The notes beneath the pieces are model-generated. The model searched no databases. It was not told where the DNA came from and saw only the letters and a list, made by a program, of their open reading frames with translations. DNA of 64,000 nt, from NCBI RefSeq assembly GCF_009914755.1, contig NC_060927.1. The stretch is one strand, 5' to 3'. The stretch's first letter is position 1; the number at the start of each line of letters is the position of its first letter. Below are positions 1-17,974 of the stretch, piece by piece. Origin of the DNA: the human T2T-CHM13v2.0 reference genome, Homo sapiens. A program made the translations under genes and the position numbers.

Positions 1-1045
1 GCTTTCCCCTCAAATAAAACATCTGCATTATTCTGAAACTCAAATCTCAGACGCCGTGGTTGCAACTTATAATAAAGAATGGGTTGGGGGAAGGGGGAGA
101 AATAAAAGCCAAGAAGAGGAAACAAGATAATAAATGTACAAAACATGAAAATTAAAATGAACAATATAGGAAAATAATTGTAACAGGCATAAGTGAATAA
201 CACTCTGCTGTAACGAAGAAGAGCTTTGTGGTGATAATTTTGTATCTTGGTTGCAGTGGTGCTTATACAAATCTACACAAGTGATAAAATGACACAGAAC
301 TATATACACACATTGTACCAATTTCAATTTCCTGGTTTTGACATTATAGTATAATTATGTAAGATGGAACCATTGGGGAAAACTGGGTGAAGGGTACCCA
401 GGACCACTCTGTACCATCTTTGTAACTTCCTGTGAATTTATAATAATTTCAAAATAAAACAAGTTAAAAAAAAAACCCACTATGCTATAAGTTAGGCCAT
501 CTAAAACAGATTATTAAAGAGGTTCATGTTAAAAGGCATTTATAATTATTTTTAATTATCTAAGTTTTAATACAAGAACGATTTCCCTGCATAATTTTAG
601 TACTTGAATAAGTATGCAGCAGAACTCCAACTATCTTTTTTCCTGTTTTTTTTAAATTTGTAAGTAATTTTATAAAATCCACCTCCTCCAAAAAAGCAAT
701 AAAAAAAAAACAAACTATAATAAGCTTTTCTGATTCTTTTCAAAACATTCCTGGTAAGTTCCTAAAGACATAATTTGCTTCTATGATGTCAACTTTCTTA
801 CTAATAACTGGTTATCATGACAAATGTTAGGTTTATCATATATAGTCTAGGTGTAATCCTCAGACTATCATTTTCATCTGGGTTCCAATTTCTTAACTTC
901 CTAAAGAATTCATCTGTTTATACAAGTCTACCACTGCCGATTGACTAAAAAATACATTATCCCATGCATAAAATGTCCTATTTTCATTTAAACACTTTAT
1001 TTTTGAGTAATAAAAATATGTACCACAATAAATTATTGTTAATTA
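1..1045 (+). other. ACKR4: 3' UTR of ACKR4 (CCRL1), nested antisense in ACAD11 intron 13; CDS lies left of the window
   Basis: Matches my recollection of the CCRL1 3' UTR and the known nesting of ACKR4 in ACAD11. AU-rich, several ATTTA motifs, tandem AATAAA at 1009-1014 and 1027-1032. The 3' end is estimated. Confidence 0.7.
225..470 (+). mobile_element. Old L1M (L1MC/ME-type) 3'-end fragment
   Basis: L1M 3' motifs (tgtatcttggttgcagtggtg...aaaactgggtgaagggtac...aattatttcaaaataaaa-like end); a related fragment lies at ~36725-36880. Confidence 0.55.
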
Positions 1046-1303
1046 ACATGTACAGCTTATCTTTTTTAAAAAAATTTGCTGTAAATTATTATAATCCATG
1101 TAATATGCTCCTACTAAAATTAAATTTTGCTAGCAATTACATTGGTCAAAAATAGTATGCACTAATGAATTTTATCTCTAAAACTACAAAAAATGACATG
1201 TTTTCTGCTCTTAAACATCACCTAACCAACATATGTTATTTTAAAATTACTTTTTCTTTCAACCACTATTTCTAAGTTTGAAAATGCTTTCACATGCAGA
1301 ATT

Positions 1304-1610
1304 AATTAATTATTTTTTCATTTTTTTGAGACAGAGTTTCGCTCTTGTTGCCCAGGGTGAAGTACAGTGGTGCCATCTCAGCGCATGTCAACTTCCGCCA
1401 CCTGGGGTCAAGCAAATCTCCTGCCTCAGCCTCCTGAGTAGTTGGGATTACAGGTGCCTGTCACCACACCTGGCTAATTTTTGTATTTTTAGTAGAGACA
1501 GGGCTTCACCATGTTGGCCAGGTTGGTCTTGAACTCCTGGCCTCAGGTGATCCACCTGCCTCAGCCTCCCAAAGTGCTGGGATTACAGGTGTTAGCCACC
1601 GCACCTGGCC
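1304..1610 (-). mobile_element. AluS
   Basis: Full dimeric Alu in reverse; TSD cacatgcagaatt at 1291-1303 and 1613-1625. Confidence 0.95.
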
Positions 1611-1736
1611 TACACATGCAGAATTTAAAGAATTATGATCATGAAACTGATCACTATGTATCATAGCAATATTCTAGCATAGCATCTGGAACAAAGGATC
1701 AGTGTGTTAGGTGAAAAAATTAGGCTGAACACTCAC

Positions 1737-1835
1737 CACTGCTCCACCATTTTTTGCCGTTAATTACATAGCTATCTTCATCTCGTTGGATGCTGCATTC
1801 AATATTCGTGGCATCACTTGAAGCTACATCAGGTT
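1737..1835 (-). CDS. ACAD11: ACAD11 exon 13 ([33 protein letters not shown])
   Basis: 99 nt, AG acceptor, GTGAGT donor, phase 1/1. Confidence 0.96.
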
Positions 1836-2626
1836 CTATAAATAAACAAAAGCTGAATTTACAGGCAGGCAGATATCATCAGTAGACTTAGATAAGGATA
1901 TGAAAACTTTAAAAACAAAGACATCGTTATCTTTTTCAATGTCCTTTCACTCCCCATTCCACCCTGCTTTTCCCATAACCTACACACAGTATTCAATAAA
2001 CGTGCACTGAAAGAATGAGTGAATGAATGAAGTATACTGAACATTGGGGATCAGTATTTTGAACTGTATTTTTGGCTTCCTCACTGATATATGATTTGGG
2101 ATACAACCCAGTCCTTTCTCCAATCAGCAAATGTAGATAAAAGTATTGTTTTCTACTTCTCACAATGGAGATATGTACTAAATATTGATTGGCAAGACAG
2201 ATTCCCCCCATATAGTTTACTGTCTTAAGCAATTTCTAATGTGCCTTGCAAATTCCATCAGGAATGCCTTCACTGATTTATATACTTCGCATTCTTTAAA
2301 GCCTGTTCAACACTTAAGGTCTTCAGAAAGTTCTCCATGGGACACCCTTAGACAACTGCTTTATTGCATGGCACTTCAGAACTGTCTAGCTCTCAATCAT
2401 AGCAATCTGCACTTGCTAATATGACACCCCTTTAAATGAGTCCTTCAGATATCCCATGTGTTCTGTTTCTAAAACTTAAGACTTATTTTTTTTCTTTTTT
2501 AGAAAGAGGGCTGTGTATTCTACTTATTTTGTAAACCCCACCTAGTGCTTTGTAGACAATACATCCTACTGTAGGTATTCAATAAATGCCTATTACTGAT
2601 TTAAACGGAGATCAGTTCTGCTATTA

Positions 2627-2953
2627 TAGTAGTCCCCTGTTATCTGTAGTTTTGCTGTCTGAGGTTTCAGTTATGAGGCCAACTGCATTCCAAAAATATT
2701 AAGTGAAAAATTCCAGAAGTAAACAATTTGTAATTTTTAAATAGTGTACCATTCTGAGTATTGTTATAATTGTTCTATTTTATTATTAGTTATTATTAAT
2801 GTCTTACTATGCCTAATTTAGAGATTAAACTGTATCATAGGTACATATGTATAAGAAAAAACATAGTCTAAATAGCATTCAGGACTATCCCAGTTTTCAG
2901 ACACCCACTGGGAGTCTTAGAACGTATCCCCTTCAGATAAAAGAGGAGTACTG
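2627..2953. mobile_element. MER44-type (Tigger7) non-autonomous DNA transposon
   Basis: TIRs (c)agtagtcccc..ttatc / gataa..gagtactg with flanking TA dinucleotides. Confidence 0.75.
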
Positions 2954-3605
2954 TATAAATGTATGCTATGTTATACAAAACAATAAAATCTGGCCATTAT
3001 TGAAAGCACTTAAAAATTATGGACAAGCAAAATTTGGTATAATTCTAAACTAAATCACAAAACAATGATTTTTTTCTATTGAAGAGTTCTTAATGCTTTC
3101 TATGTACAAATGATATTAAATCTGTTTTTATTGACATGTTCCTTTATTTTCCCACATGATTATAATTTGAGCCATATGTCCAGTACTGGTGAAATTTCTA
3201 TTTTTCTGGGTTTATGGAAGAGTTGAATATTTTATAAGTATCAATATAAAATTATCACAAAGATAGATATTTCATACATAAGGGCAAAGAAGATCTTAAA
3301 TATTCATATATAGCAATTTTAGTAATGACATCAAAAAATTGTGAAACTAAGTTTACTCTGCTACTAATGCTATAGCAGGCTACTAGAGAACATCATCTGA
3401 TATTCTAACAAAGGAGAGGATCATATTTTTCTGAACATTTGAAAATGCCAAAATTTAATAACAGGCTCAAAATAAACATACTCACATTTTTGGCCAATGG
3501 CAAATTTGACTGAAACACAGAACCACATCCTGTATTTCTTCAGCTCATCCATAATAACTCCGGGACGACTGACTACACAAGGAGAGAATGGTGATTGGCA
3601 TTTAC

Positions 3606-3713
3606 CTGTCATACAGAAGCAAGAGGTAATGTTCCCTTGAAGAAGAGGCTCAAGCCACTGTTTCTTCTGTTCCTCACTTCCATACAGGTGCAGAACCTCC
3701 ATATTCCCTGTGT
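3606..3713 (-). CDS. ACAD11: ACAD11 exon 12 ([36 protein letters not shown])
   Basis: 108 nt, AG/GT, overlaps ORF 3421..3702. Confidence 0.97.
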
Positions 3714-6700
3714 CTACACATAAAGAAGGAGTATTTGTTTTGCATTTGAAAATTTATCAGTATGAAATCCACAACTTTATGTAGAGAGTATAGAAATGCA
3801 TCTTTTTAAAGCAAATGTTTGCTAACAAAAATATTTTGAAATATATAGTAAATATAATTTATACTGACAGCATGTCATAAATATTTACAAGTACAGGGCA
3901 TTTGGTGCATATTTATTCAACTTGTTCTGAATCACAGACTCTTCTTCAGTTCATCCCAATGAAGAATGGCACTAATGACATCTAACTCAATTAGAACTGA
4001 AGGAAAAAATTTACTGGCCTAAACCTTGCCTGCTGTATTGCAAATATGCCCTGCTAGAAGTGATTGCAATGCTCCCGGAGAACAATTAACATTGCATGTC
4101 CTACTGAGACTCCAGCCCTTAATTTTATCTGCTGTTCCTCAAACACACCCTGTGCTTTCTAATTTCCACATATATGCTTGGGCCAGGCTTTTTCTCAAGT
4201 GAAATTCTCCCTGTCCTTCACAAGTAAATTCCTGCGTATGAGCCACCTCCTCTGCAAAGAATCTCTGATTACCCAGTCAGTGACACCTCCTTCCTCTGAA
4301 CTTACATAACAATTATTTCTATTTACCTCTAACATTGCTCTTACTTTTATGTACCCCATACTACCTAGAAAATACTTGATAATTCTCAAGGATGCTAAAG
4401 ACAGAATCCCTGCCCTGGAAAGAAAATGGCAGTAGATAACTTCAAAGACCCTCTCTGACCCTTGGAGGGTATTGTTTATAGTACATGATGCACTGCAGTA
4501 TTGCCCTTGGCTAACAAAGAATTCTTCATGACTGCCATGGAGTAAAATTTTCTAGATGGCTTCCTCTGATTTTCCATTCCTGTCAAATTTCTTAAAATAC
4601 TGTCTAAAACCTTTCCCTTGAGTGTTGATTATTCAGAAGATTTTGAGAAAACAATTTTCATATCAACATTTACAATGACTTTAAGGTTAGTTACTGAAAT
4701 GCTTATGAAAATTGAGTTGTGTAAGTTAAACTTCTCAAGATGTCTGCACTCTGTTCAGGCACTCCTAACAGAGCCAACATTACATCAACATTAACAAAAT
4801 TCCTTGTAGATTAACACAGCTTAACATTCTTTTTGACTGAGGGAGAAAATAAGTCCTGAGTTATAATTCATGAAGCTCATTGTTTGTTTTCTTTGCCTGT
4901 TTTAAATTCACTGTTACTTGTTATAGTACAAATAAGGTAAATATTGAATTCAAAATTTCCAAAAATTATCAGTTTCTTCCGAAAAGCTCACAAAGTTATC
5001 ATTTACAGGTTGGAAAAAAAAACTTGGATAAACTACACCAACAAGAAAAATGATTTCCCATTAAAAAATATCAGACCAGCTCTCTAGATTCCTCCTCTCT
5101 GGGCAGGGCATCTCTAAAAGAAAGGCAGTAGCCCCAGTCAGGGGCTTATAGACGAAACTCCCATCTCCCTGGGACAGAGGACCTGCGGGAAGGGGTGGCT
5201 GTGGGCGCGGCTTCAGCAGACTTCAACATTCCTGCCTGCCGGCACTGAAGGGAGCAGCGGATCTCCCAGCACAGTGCTTGAGCTCTGCTAAGGGACAGAC
5301 TGCCTCCTCAAGTGGGTCCCTGACCCCCGTGCCTTCTGACAGGGAGACACCTCCCAACAGGGGTCAACATACACCTCAAACAGGACAGCTCTGGATGGTG
5401 TGTGGTGGGTGCACCTCAGGGATGAAACTTCCAGAGGAAGGAACAGGCAGCAATCTTTGCTGTTCTGCAGCCTCCACTTGTGATATCCGGGCAAACAGGG
5501 TTGGGAGTGGACCTCCAGCAAACTCCAGCAGACCTGCAGCAGAGGGGCCGGACTCAGAAGGAAAACTAACAAACAGGAATAGCATGAACAACAGAAAGGA
5601 CACCTACACAAAAACTCCATCTGAAGGTCACCAACATCAAAGACCAAAGGTAGAAAAATCCACGAAGATGAGGAAAAACCAGTGCAAAAAGGCTGAAAAT
5701 TCCAAAAACCAGAATGCCTCTTCTCTCCAAAGGATCACAACCCCTCGCCAGCAAGGGAACAAAACTGGATGGAGAATGAGTTTGACGAATTGACAGAAGT
5801 AGGCTTCAGAAGGTGAGTAATAACAAACTCCTCTGAGCTAAAGAAGCATGTTCTAACCCAATGCAAGGAACCTAAGAACCTTGACAAAAGGTTAGAGGAA
5901 TTGCTAACTAGAATAACCAGTTTAGAGAAGACCATAAATGACCTGATAGAGCTGCAAAACACAGCACGAGAACTTCGTGAAGTATACACAAGTATCAATA
6001 GCTGAATCAATCAAGTGAAAGAAAGGATATCAGAGACTGAAGATCAACTTAATGAAATAAAGCATGAAGACAAGATTAGAGAAAAAAGAATGAAAAGGAA
6101 TGAACAAAGCCTCCAAAAAATATGGGATGATGTGAAAAGACCAAACCTAGGTTTGACTGGTGTACCTGAAAATGATGGGGAGAATGGAACCAAGTTGGAA
6201 AACACTCCTCAGGATATTATCCAGGAGAACTTCCCCAACCTAGAAAGAGAGGCCAACATTCAAATTCAGGAAATAAGGAGAACACCACAAAGATACTCCT
6301 CAAGAAGAGCAACCCCAAGACACATAATCGTCAGATTCACCAAGGTTGAAATGAAAGAAAAAATGTGAGGGGCAGCCAGAGAGGTCAGGTTACCCACAAA
6401 AGGAAGCCCATCAGACTAACAGTAGATCTCTCTGCAGAAACCCTACAAACCAGAAGAGAGTGGGGGCCAATATTCAACATTCTTAAAGAAAAGAAATTTC
6501 CAACCCAGAATTTCATATCCAGCCAAACTAAGCTTCATAAGCGAAGGAAAAATAAAATCCTTTACAGACAAACAAATGCTGGGAGACATTTTGTCACCAC
6601 CAGGCCTGTCTTACAACAGCTCCTGAAGGAGGCACTAAACATGCAAAGCAAAAACTGGTACTAGCCACTGCAAAAACATACCAAATTGTAAAGACCATCG

Positions 6701-7909
6701 ACACTATAAAGAAACTGCATCAACTAACAGGCAAAATAACCAGCTAGCATCATAATGACAGGATCAAATTCACATATAACAATATTAACCTTAAATGTAA
6801 ATGGGTTAAATGCCCCAATTTAAAGACACACACTGGCAAATTGGATAAACAGTCAAGACCCATTGGTGTGCTGTATTCAGGAGACCCATCTCACGTGCAC
6901 AGACACACATAGGCTCAAAATAAAGGGATGGAGGAAGATTTACCAAGAAAATGGAAAGCAAAACAAAAACAAACAAACAAAAAAGCAGGGGTTGCAATCC
7001 TAGTTTCTAATAAAACAGACTTTAAACCAACAAAGATAAAAAAAAGACAAAGAAGGACATTACATAATGGTAAAGGGATCAATGCAACAAGAAGAGCTAA
7101 CTATCCTAAATATATATGCACCCAAAACAGGAGCACCTAGATTCATAAAGCAAATTCTTAGAGACTACAAAGAGACTTAGACTCCCACACAATAATAGTG
7201 GGAGACTTTAACACCCCATTGTCAATATCAGACAGGTCGACGAGACAGAAAATTAACAAGGATATTCAGGACTTGAACTCAGCTCTGGACCAAGCGGACC
7301 TAGTAGTCATCTACAGACTCTCCACCCCAAACTGACAGAATATACATCCTTCTCAGCACCACATTGCACTTATTCTAAAATTGACCACATAATTGGATGT
7401 AAAACACTCCTCAGAAAATGCAAAAGAATTGAAATCATAACAAAAAGACTCTCAGACCACAGTGCAATCAAATTAGAACTCAGGATTAAGAAACTCACTC
7501 AAAACCGCACATCTATATGATAACTGAACAACCTGCTCCTGAATGACTACTGGGTAAATAATGAAATTAAGGCAGAAATAAATAAGTTATTTGAAACCAA
7601 TAAGAACAAAGACACAATGTACCAGAATCTCTGGGACACAACTAAAGCAGTATTTAGAGGGAAATTTTTAGCACTAAATGCCCACAGGAGAAAGCGGGAA
7701 AGATGTAAAATTGACACGCTAACATCACAATTAAAAGAACTAGAGAAGCAAGCCAAACAAATTCAAAAGCTAGCAGAAGACAAGAAATAACCAAGATCAG
7801 AGCAGAACTGAAGGAGATAGGGACAAGAAAAACCCTTCAAAAAATAAATGAATCCAGGAGCTGTTTTTTTGAAAAGGTTAACTAAATACACCACTAGCCA
7901 GACTAATAA

Positions 7910-8026
<117 letters not shown>

Positions 8027-8713
8027 TAGAAAATCTAGAAGAAATGGATAAACTCCTGGACACATATACCCTCCCAAGATTAAACCAAAAAGAAGTCAAA
8101 TCCCTGAATAGACCAATAACAAGGTCTGAAACTGAGGCAGTAATTAATAGCCCACCAACCCAAAAAAGCCCAGGACCAGATGGTTTCACAGTCGAATTCT
8201 ACCAGAGGTACAAAGAGGAGCTGGTACCCTTCCTTCTGAAACTATTCCAAATAGAAAAAGAGGGACTCCTTCCTAACTCGTTTTATGAGGCCAGCATCAT
8301 CCTGATACCAAAACCTGGTGGAGACACAACAAAAAAAGAAAATTTCAGGCCAATATACCTGATGAACATCGAAGTGAAAATCCTCAATAAAATACTGGCA
8401 AACCAAATCCAGCAACACATCAAAAAGCTTATCCACCACAATCAAGTTGGCTTCATCCCTGGGATGCAAGGCTGGTTCAACATATGCAAACCAATCGATG
8501 TAATCCATCACATAAACAGAACCAATGACAAAAACCACATGATTATCTCAATAGATGCAGAAAAGGCCTCTGATAAAATTAAACACCCCTTCATGCAAAA
8601 ACTCAATAAACTCGGTATTGATAGAACGTATCTCAAAATAATAAGAGCTATTTATGACAAACCCACAGCCAATATCATACTGAATGGACCAAAGCTGGAA
8701 GCACTCCCTTTGA

Positions 8714-11942
<3,229 letters not shown>

Positions 11943-12123
11943 GAAAACCAGCACAAGACAAAGATGCCCTCTCTCACCACTCCTATTCAACATAGTATTG
12001 GAAGTTCTGGCCAGGGCAATCAGGCAACAGAAAGAAATGAAGGGTATTCAGATAGGAAGAGAGGAAGTCAAATTGTCACTGTTTGCAGATGACATGATAG
12101 TATATTTAGAAAACCCCATCATT

Positions 12124-12422
12124 GGCCGGGTGCAGTGGCTCACGCCTGTAATCCCAGCACTTTGGGATGCCAAGGTGGATGGATCACCTGAGGTCAGGAG
12201 CTTGAGACCAGCCTGGTCAGCATGGTGAAACCACATCTCTACTAAAAGTACAAAAATTAGTCGAGCATGGTGGCAGGCTCCTGTGATCCCAGCTACTCAG
12301 TAGGCTGAGGCAGGAGAATTGCTTGGGCCTGGGAGGCGGAGGTTGCAGTGAGCCAAGATTGCACCACTGCTCTCCAGCTTGGGCGAGACGAGTGAGACTC
12401 CATCTCAAAAAAGAAAGAAAAA
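12124..12422 (+). mobile_element. AluS inserted in L1 ORF2
   Basis: 15-bp TSD agaaaaccccatcat at 12108-12122 and 12423-12437. Confidence 0.96.
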
Positions 12423-14899
12423 AGAAAACCCCATCATCTCAGCCCAAAATCTCCTTAAGCTGATAAGCAACTTCAGCAAAGTCTCAGGATACAAAATCAA
12501 TGTGCAAAAATCACAAGCATTCCTATACACCAATAATAGACAAACAGAGAGCCAAATCTTGAGTGAACTCCCATTCACAATTGCTACAAAGAGAATAAAA
12601 TACCTAAGAATCCAACTTATAAGGGATGTGAAGGACCTCTTCAAGGAGAACTACAAACCACTGCTCAAGGAAATAAGACAGGACACAACCAAATGGAAAA
12701 ACATTCCATGCTCATGGATAGGAAGAATCAATATCATGAAAATGGCCATACTGCCCAAAGTAATTTATAGATTCAATGCCATCCCCATCAAGCTACCATT
12801 GACTTTCTTCACAGAATTAGAAAAAAAGTACTTTAAATTTCATATGGAACCAGAAAAGAGCCCATATAGTCAAGACAATCCTAAGCAAAAAGAACAAAGC
12901 TGGAGGCATCATGCTACCTGACTTCAAACTATACTACGAGGCTACAGTAACAAAAACAGCATGGTACTGGTACCGAAATAGATATATAGACCAATGGAAC
13001 AGAACAGAGGCCTCAGAAATAACGCCACACATCTACAACCATCTGATCTTGGACAAACCTGACACAAACAAGCAATGTGGGAAGGATTTCCTATTTAATA
13101 AATGGTGTTGGGAAAACTGGCTAGCCATATGCAGAAAGCTGAAACTGGATGCCTTCTTTACACCTTATGCAAAAATTAACTCAAGATGGATTAAAGACTT
13201 AAACGTAAGACCTAAAATGACAAAAGCCCTAGAAGAAAACCTAGGCAATACCATTCAGGACATAGGCATGGGCAAAGACTTCATGACTAAAACACCAAAA
13301 GCAATGGCAACAAAAGCCAAAATAGACAAATAGGATCTAATTAAACTAAAAAGCTTCTGCACAGCAAAAGAAACTATCACCAGAGTGAACAGGCCACCTA
13401 CAGAATGGGAGAAAAATTTTGCACTTCATCCATCTGACAAAGGGCTAATATCCAGAATCTACAAAGAACTTAGACAAATTTAGAAGAAAAAACAAAGAAC
13501 CCCATCAAAAAGTGGGCAAAGTATATGAACAGACACTTCTCGAAAGAAGACATTTCTGTGCCCAACAAACATATGAAAAAAAGCTCATCATCACTGGTCA
13601 TTAGAGAAACACAAATCAAAACCACAATGAGATACCATCTCACGCCAGTTAGAATGGTGATCATCAAAAAGTCAGGAAACAATAGATGCTGGAGAGGATG
13701 TGGAGAAATAGGAAAGCTTTTACACTGTTGGTGGGAGTGTAAATTAGTTCAACCATTGTGGAAGACAGTATGGTGATTCCTCAAGGATCTAGAACCAGAA
13801 ATACCATTTGACCCACCAATCCCATTACTGGATATATACCGAAAGGATTATAAATCATTCTACTATAAAGACACATGCACATGTATGTTTATTGCAGCAC
13901 TATTCACAATAGCAAAGACTTGGACCCAATCCAAATGCCCATCAATGACAGACTGGATAAAGAAAATGTGACACATACACACCATGGAATACTATGCAGC
14001 CATAAAAAAGGGATGAGTTCCTGTTCTTTGCAGGGACATGGATGAAGCTGGAAACCATCATTCTCAGCAAACTAATACAGGAGCAGAAAACCAAACACTG
14101 CATATTCTCACTCATAAGTAGGAGCTGAACAATGAAAACACATGGACACAGGGAGGGGAACATCACATATCAGCGCCTGTCGCAAGGTGAGGGGCTAGGG
14201 GAGAGATAGCATTAAGAGAAATACCTAATGTAGATGACAGCAAACCACCATGGCATGTGTATACCTACGTAACAAACCTTCACGTTCTGCACACGTATCC
14301 CAGAACTTAAAGTATATAAAACAAATACCAGCCCAAAGGCCCCCAAATTTTCCAGTAATAGCTTTAGAATTAAAGTTGCTATTTTCAACATTCCAATATA
14401 CAATATTGTATGACTTATTGAAGGGGGGAAAAAGGGCAAACTGGAAGACTACATATGTTTCCCATATGTTTTATAACTATTTGGGAAATGATCTGGGTGG
14501 CTTGAGTAGAAATTCATCTTTTATACTTAAGAAACCTCTCGAAGTATTTACTCAACATCAATTATACTGCCTTCTTCATCTGCTTTGGAAATGATCCAAA
14601 ATGCAATGCTTGAGGCCTTCGTGGTACCTTCACCACAAAGAGAAAACGCCTAGTTTTCTATTTATAGTTGTACACAACTTGTTTGCTTAGAAGAGTTGCT
14701 CATCATTTCTTAGAGCAAATCTCTGTCCAATTTTAAAATTTCAGCAATTTAGTTATCTCATTTAGGCAGTACAGCTGATGGACTCATGAAATTTTAATGC
14801 TAGAGAAAAATCCATGACCATCTAGTGAAAAGTGAGTTCACAGGTCAAATGATAAAATAGTGGCAGAGCTGAATCTGCAAGAGAAGTCTTTAGTAGGAT

Positions 14900-15205
14900 T
14901 ATTTTTCATATTATGATCCATTAGTGCATCATGAAATCAACTTAATGGAATATAGCTAGCATTCTCTAAAAAATGAAATAGAACAAAATAGAATGCATTA
15001 GATTAGACTCAGTGGAAAATATCCAAATGCACTTGCATGTAGTAAGAGAAACTCTTGTTTTGTGAAACTTTTGTTTCAATAATATCCATCCATCCATCCA
15101 TCCATTCATTCTGAACATATACATACACCTATATATTCTACAAATTGGGTCACAATATAAAATATATTTCTTACTATGAGTAGCAATCAAAAATGTTTTA
15201 AACAA
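14900..15205. mobile_element. hAT-Charlie-like DNA transposon remnant with internal (ATCC)n
   Basis: Motif tgggtcacaatataaaatatatttcttactatgag...; subfamily uncertain. Confidence 0.4.
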
Positions 15206-15689
15206 AAAGACTACCCATTCAGTTCCCTTTCCACAAAATCATGCTACCTTTGTAGAATGATGTAATAGCCTTACACAGTTGAGATGAAATCTTTAGAAGC
15301 TCTGTGAATAGACTTTAATTTTACAGTAGCTTATTATTGGATTACAATGTAGTACAGCAGTAATTTGATAAATCAGTGTTTGGAAAAGAGATAATCATTT
15401 CAGGGACAAGTTCAACCATTATCAGAAATCTACAAACTATTTTAATGATGCCAAAGCAATGAGACAAAGTCCAGTGTGGAAAATCCAGACTGCGTTTTGT
15501 CTCAGGAGTCCAGTACTGTCTCATATACCTCTTTCTGGTAGCCTGCATTAACTTGTTTTTGGTAGAGCTTTAGCACCAGGGCCATGCATAAACACAAAAG
15601 GCAATACTGAGGCCTATCTTGTGCAGGGATGGGCCTGCCATTGGATATTGTCCCATAATCATCCTACTACAAATCAAGTGCTAGTCCTT

Positions 15690-15850
15690 GACTGGTAGCA
15701 TTAGGATAATCAGAGTAATTTGAAAAAAAATATTCCCAGGGTCTACCCTAGATATACTGAATCAGAATCTCTAGGGATGGAGGCTGGGAATCTAGATTTT
15801 TCAAAGGTTCCTTAGGTGGTTCTTCTGCAAATCCAGTTTTGAAGATACCT
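15690..15850. mobile_element. MER5-type element
   Basis: actgaatcagaatctctagggatgg...ggaatct motif. Confidence 0.6.
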
Positions 15851-15934
15851 CCTATAGACTACGTTCCAGGTTTACTCCTTTCATTTTACTTTTTAAAAAA
15901 TTGGCCTCCTTCCTTCATCTTTTCAATTTGATTT

Positions 15935-16795
15935 CACCTCAAAATCCTTGGAGGCATCCTTGACTCTTCCATTAATACCCCATATCCAATGAGGATATCC
16001 TCATGGCTCTGCCTTTAAAATATATTTAGAATCTTGCTACTTATCATCCACTACACTACTACCACCCCAGTCTAAACCACCATTATCTCTCACCAGGATT
16101 ATTGCCACTGACTCTCTGCTTCCCTCTTACCCTACTTTGGTCAATTCTCAACATAGCAGTCAAGGTGATCCTTTCAAAACTGAAGTTACAACTTATCACT
16201 AATCTGCACAAAATTCCCATTGGCTCATCCTTTCAATGAAGGTATAAGCCCCTCTTATTTGCCCTATGAAGCTCAAAATATGAGGCCCTTGCCTCTCTGA
16301 TCTCTTCTCCTACTATTATTTTCCTGGCCACACTGGCCTCTCTGGTTATTACTGGAATACATCAATCACACTCTTGCCTTTTCTGTTCCATCTACTATAA
16401 AAACTCTTTCCCCATATAACAGCATGACTAACTCAAGAAATCACCTTATATAAGTTATTACCAAATGTCATTTTCTCAGTGAGGCCTATCCTGACCATTC
16501 TATTTAAAAATGTAACCCATATTCCCTGTACTTCAAATTTCAGAGCTCCTCTATTCTGCTGTTTTTTTCCAAAGCACTTTTCATCTTCAAACTTATTACG
16601 TAAGTTTGAAGTTTACTTATTATAATTATTATTTATTTTTGTATCCTTGTATGTCAATTAGATCCTTGAAAGAAGGCATCTTTGCGTATTTTATTCACTG
16701 ATATATCATTGTGAGAACATAGAACACTGCTCGGGACATAGTAGGTAATCAGTAAATAATTGGTAAATGAATGGTTTATTCATTTGGTGAATGAA
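15935..16795 (+). mobile_element. L2 3' portion
   Basis: L2 motifs (catccttgactcttc, ccaccattatctctcacc) and terminal agtaggtaatcagtaaat...tgaatg. Confidence 0.7.
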
Positions 16796-17140
16796 TAGTG
16801 AGGCTAACCAAAAGATTTGAAACTCTCTATCCATTCCAACTAGTAATAGAAATATCCAATTCCCATGGATCCATGATCCATGATCCTTACACGACCAATC
16901 CCTTTGGTGGCTAATTTTTTTCACCAATACTCTTAATTGTAATGATATTTAACAAAAGAATAGTCCAATGAAAATTTCAAATCCATTTCTTATATTTAAA
17001 TCAAAGTAACTGAAAAGTAAAATTATAGCTAAATTCATAAGTCAATAACTTTGTATAAAAACACATTCTTATCATATATAGAAATTTTAAACACTGATCA
17101 AAATATTAGAAAAAATTATGTTTTCAATTAATGTAGTAAC

Positions 17141-17279
17141 CTGGTGCTTGGCAGTTAAAGACATCTGGAGCAAAAAAGCATTTTCCTGTTTCTTCAGCAA
17201 TCAAGGCATAGTCCACGTGGCTGAGTCCGCTGACAGCTGGCAAAAACAAGTTCCAGAGACCCTCGACTTTGGCCATTTC
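17141..17279 (-). CDS. ACAD11: ACAD11 exon 11 (EMAKVEGLWNLFLPAVSG...FNCQAP)
   Basis: 139 nt, AG/GT, frame consistent. Confidence 0.97.
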
Positions 17280-17974
17280 CTGTCAAGGTGATGAACATGC
17301 CAGAGTGACCATAATTTACCAGGACTCACAGTAGTTTATTTCTTTTTTTAAATATTGGTATTTATGATCTTTGAAATTTAAAAACACTTATGGAGTTATT
17401 TATTTTACTGTATTCTCCAGTGAGCAAAACCAAGTTCTTATTAATTCATTATAAATCAACAGTTTAACCATTAATAACATGTCTTTTCCTCCAAGCTTCC
17501 TTGGATTTGGCTGAAAAATTAAGTTTGCTACTTGAGAACTTCTTCTGGAATCAGAACTATTACAAAATCTCCCACATTTGAGTATGATATGCCAAATATA
17601 CTACTTTGTGCATTTTAATTTCTTACATGAATTGATGTTAAGATTTGAAAAACATGAAATTTGGATTAATTCTATGTGGGACAAATGCCCTGCCTTGACT
17701 TCAGTCTCAATTCAGTGATGGCTAATAATGAATAGTTTTAATCATATTTTTTCCTTTGAACAGTTGTAAGAGGTTGTCTTCATTACTACCATATATAGAA
17801 CACTACCTAGCCTAATTTGTATGTTATAGATTCTATTTACTAACTTTCTTTTTTTAAAGGTTATTATTGATATAATTTTCTTCTACATATATAACAATAG
17901 CAACAACAAAACTAAGGTCTAGGATCTCAAAAAACACTTGCATATGAATTTTCTAGCGTTAAAGATTTTCTTAC

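Noticed and set aside
3421-3605. ORF extension beyond ACAD11 exon 12
   Set aside because: Read-through past a valid GT donor; ACAD similarity stops at FCMT.
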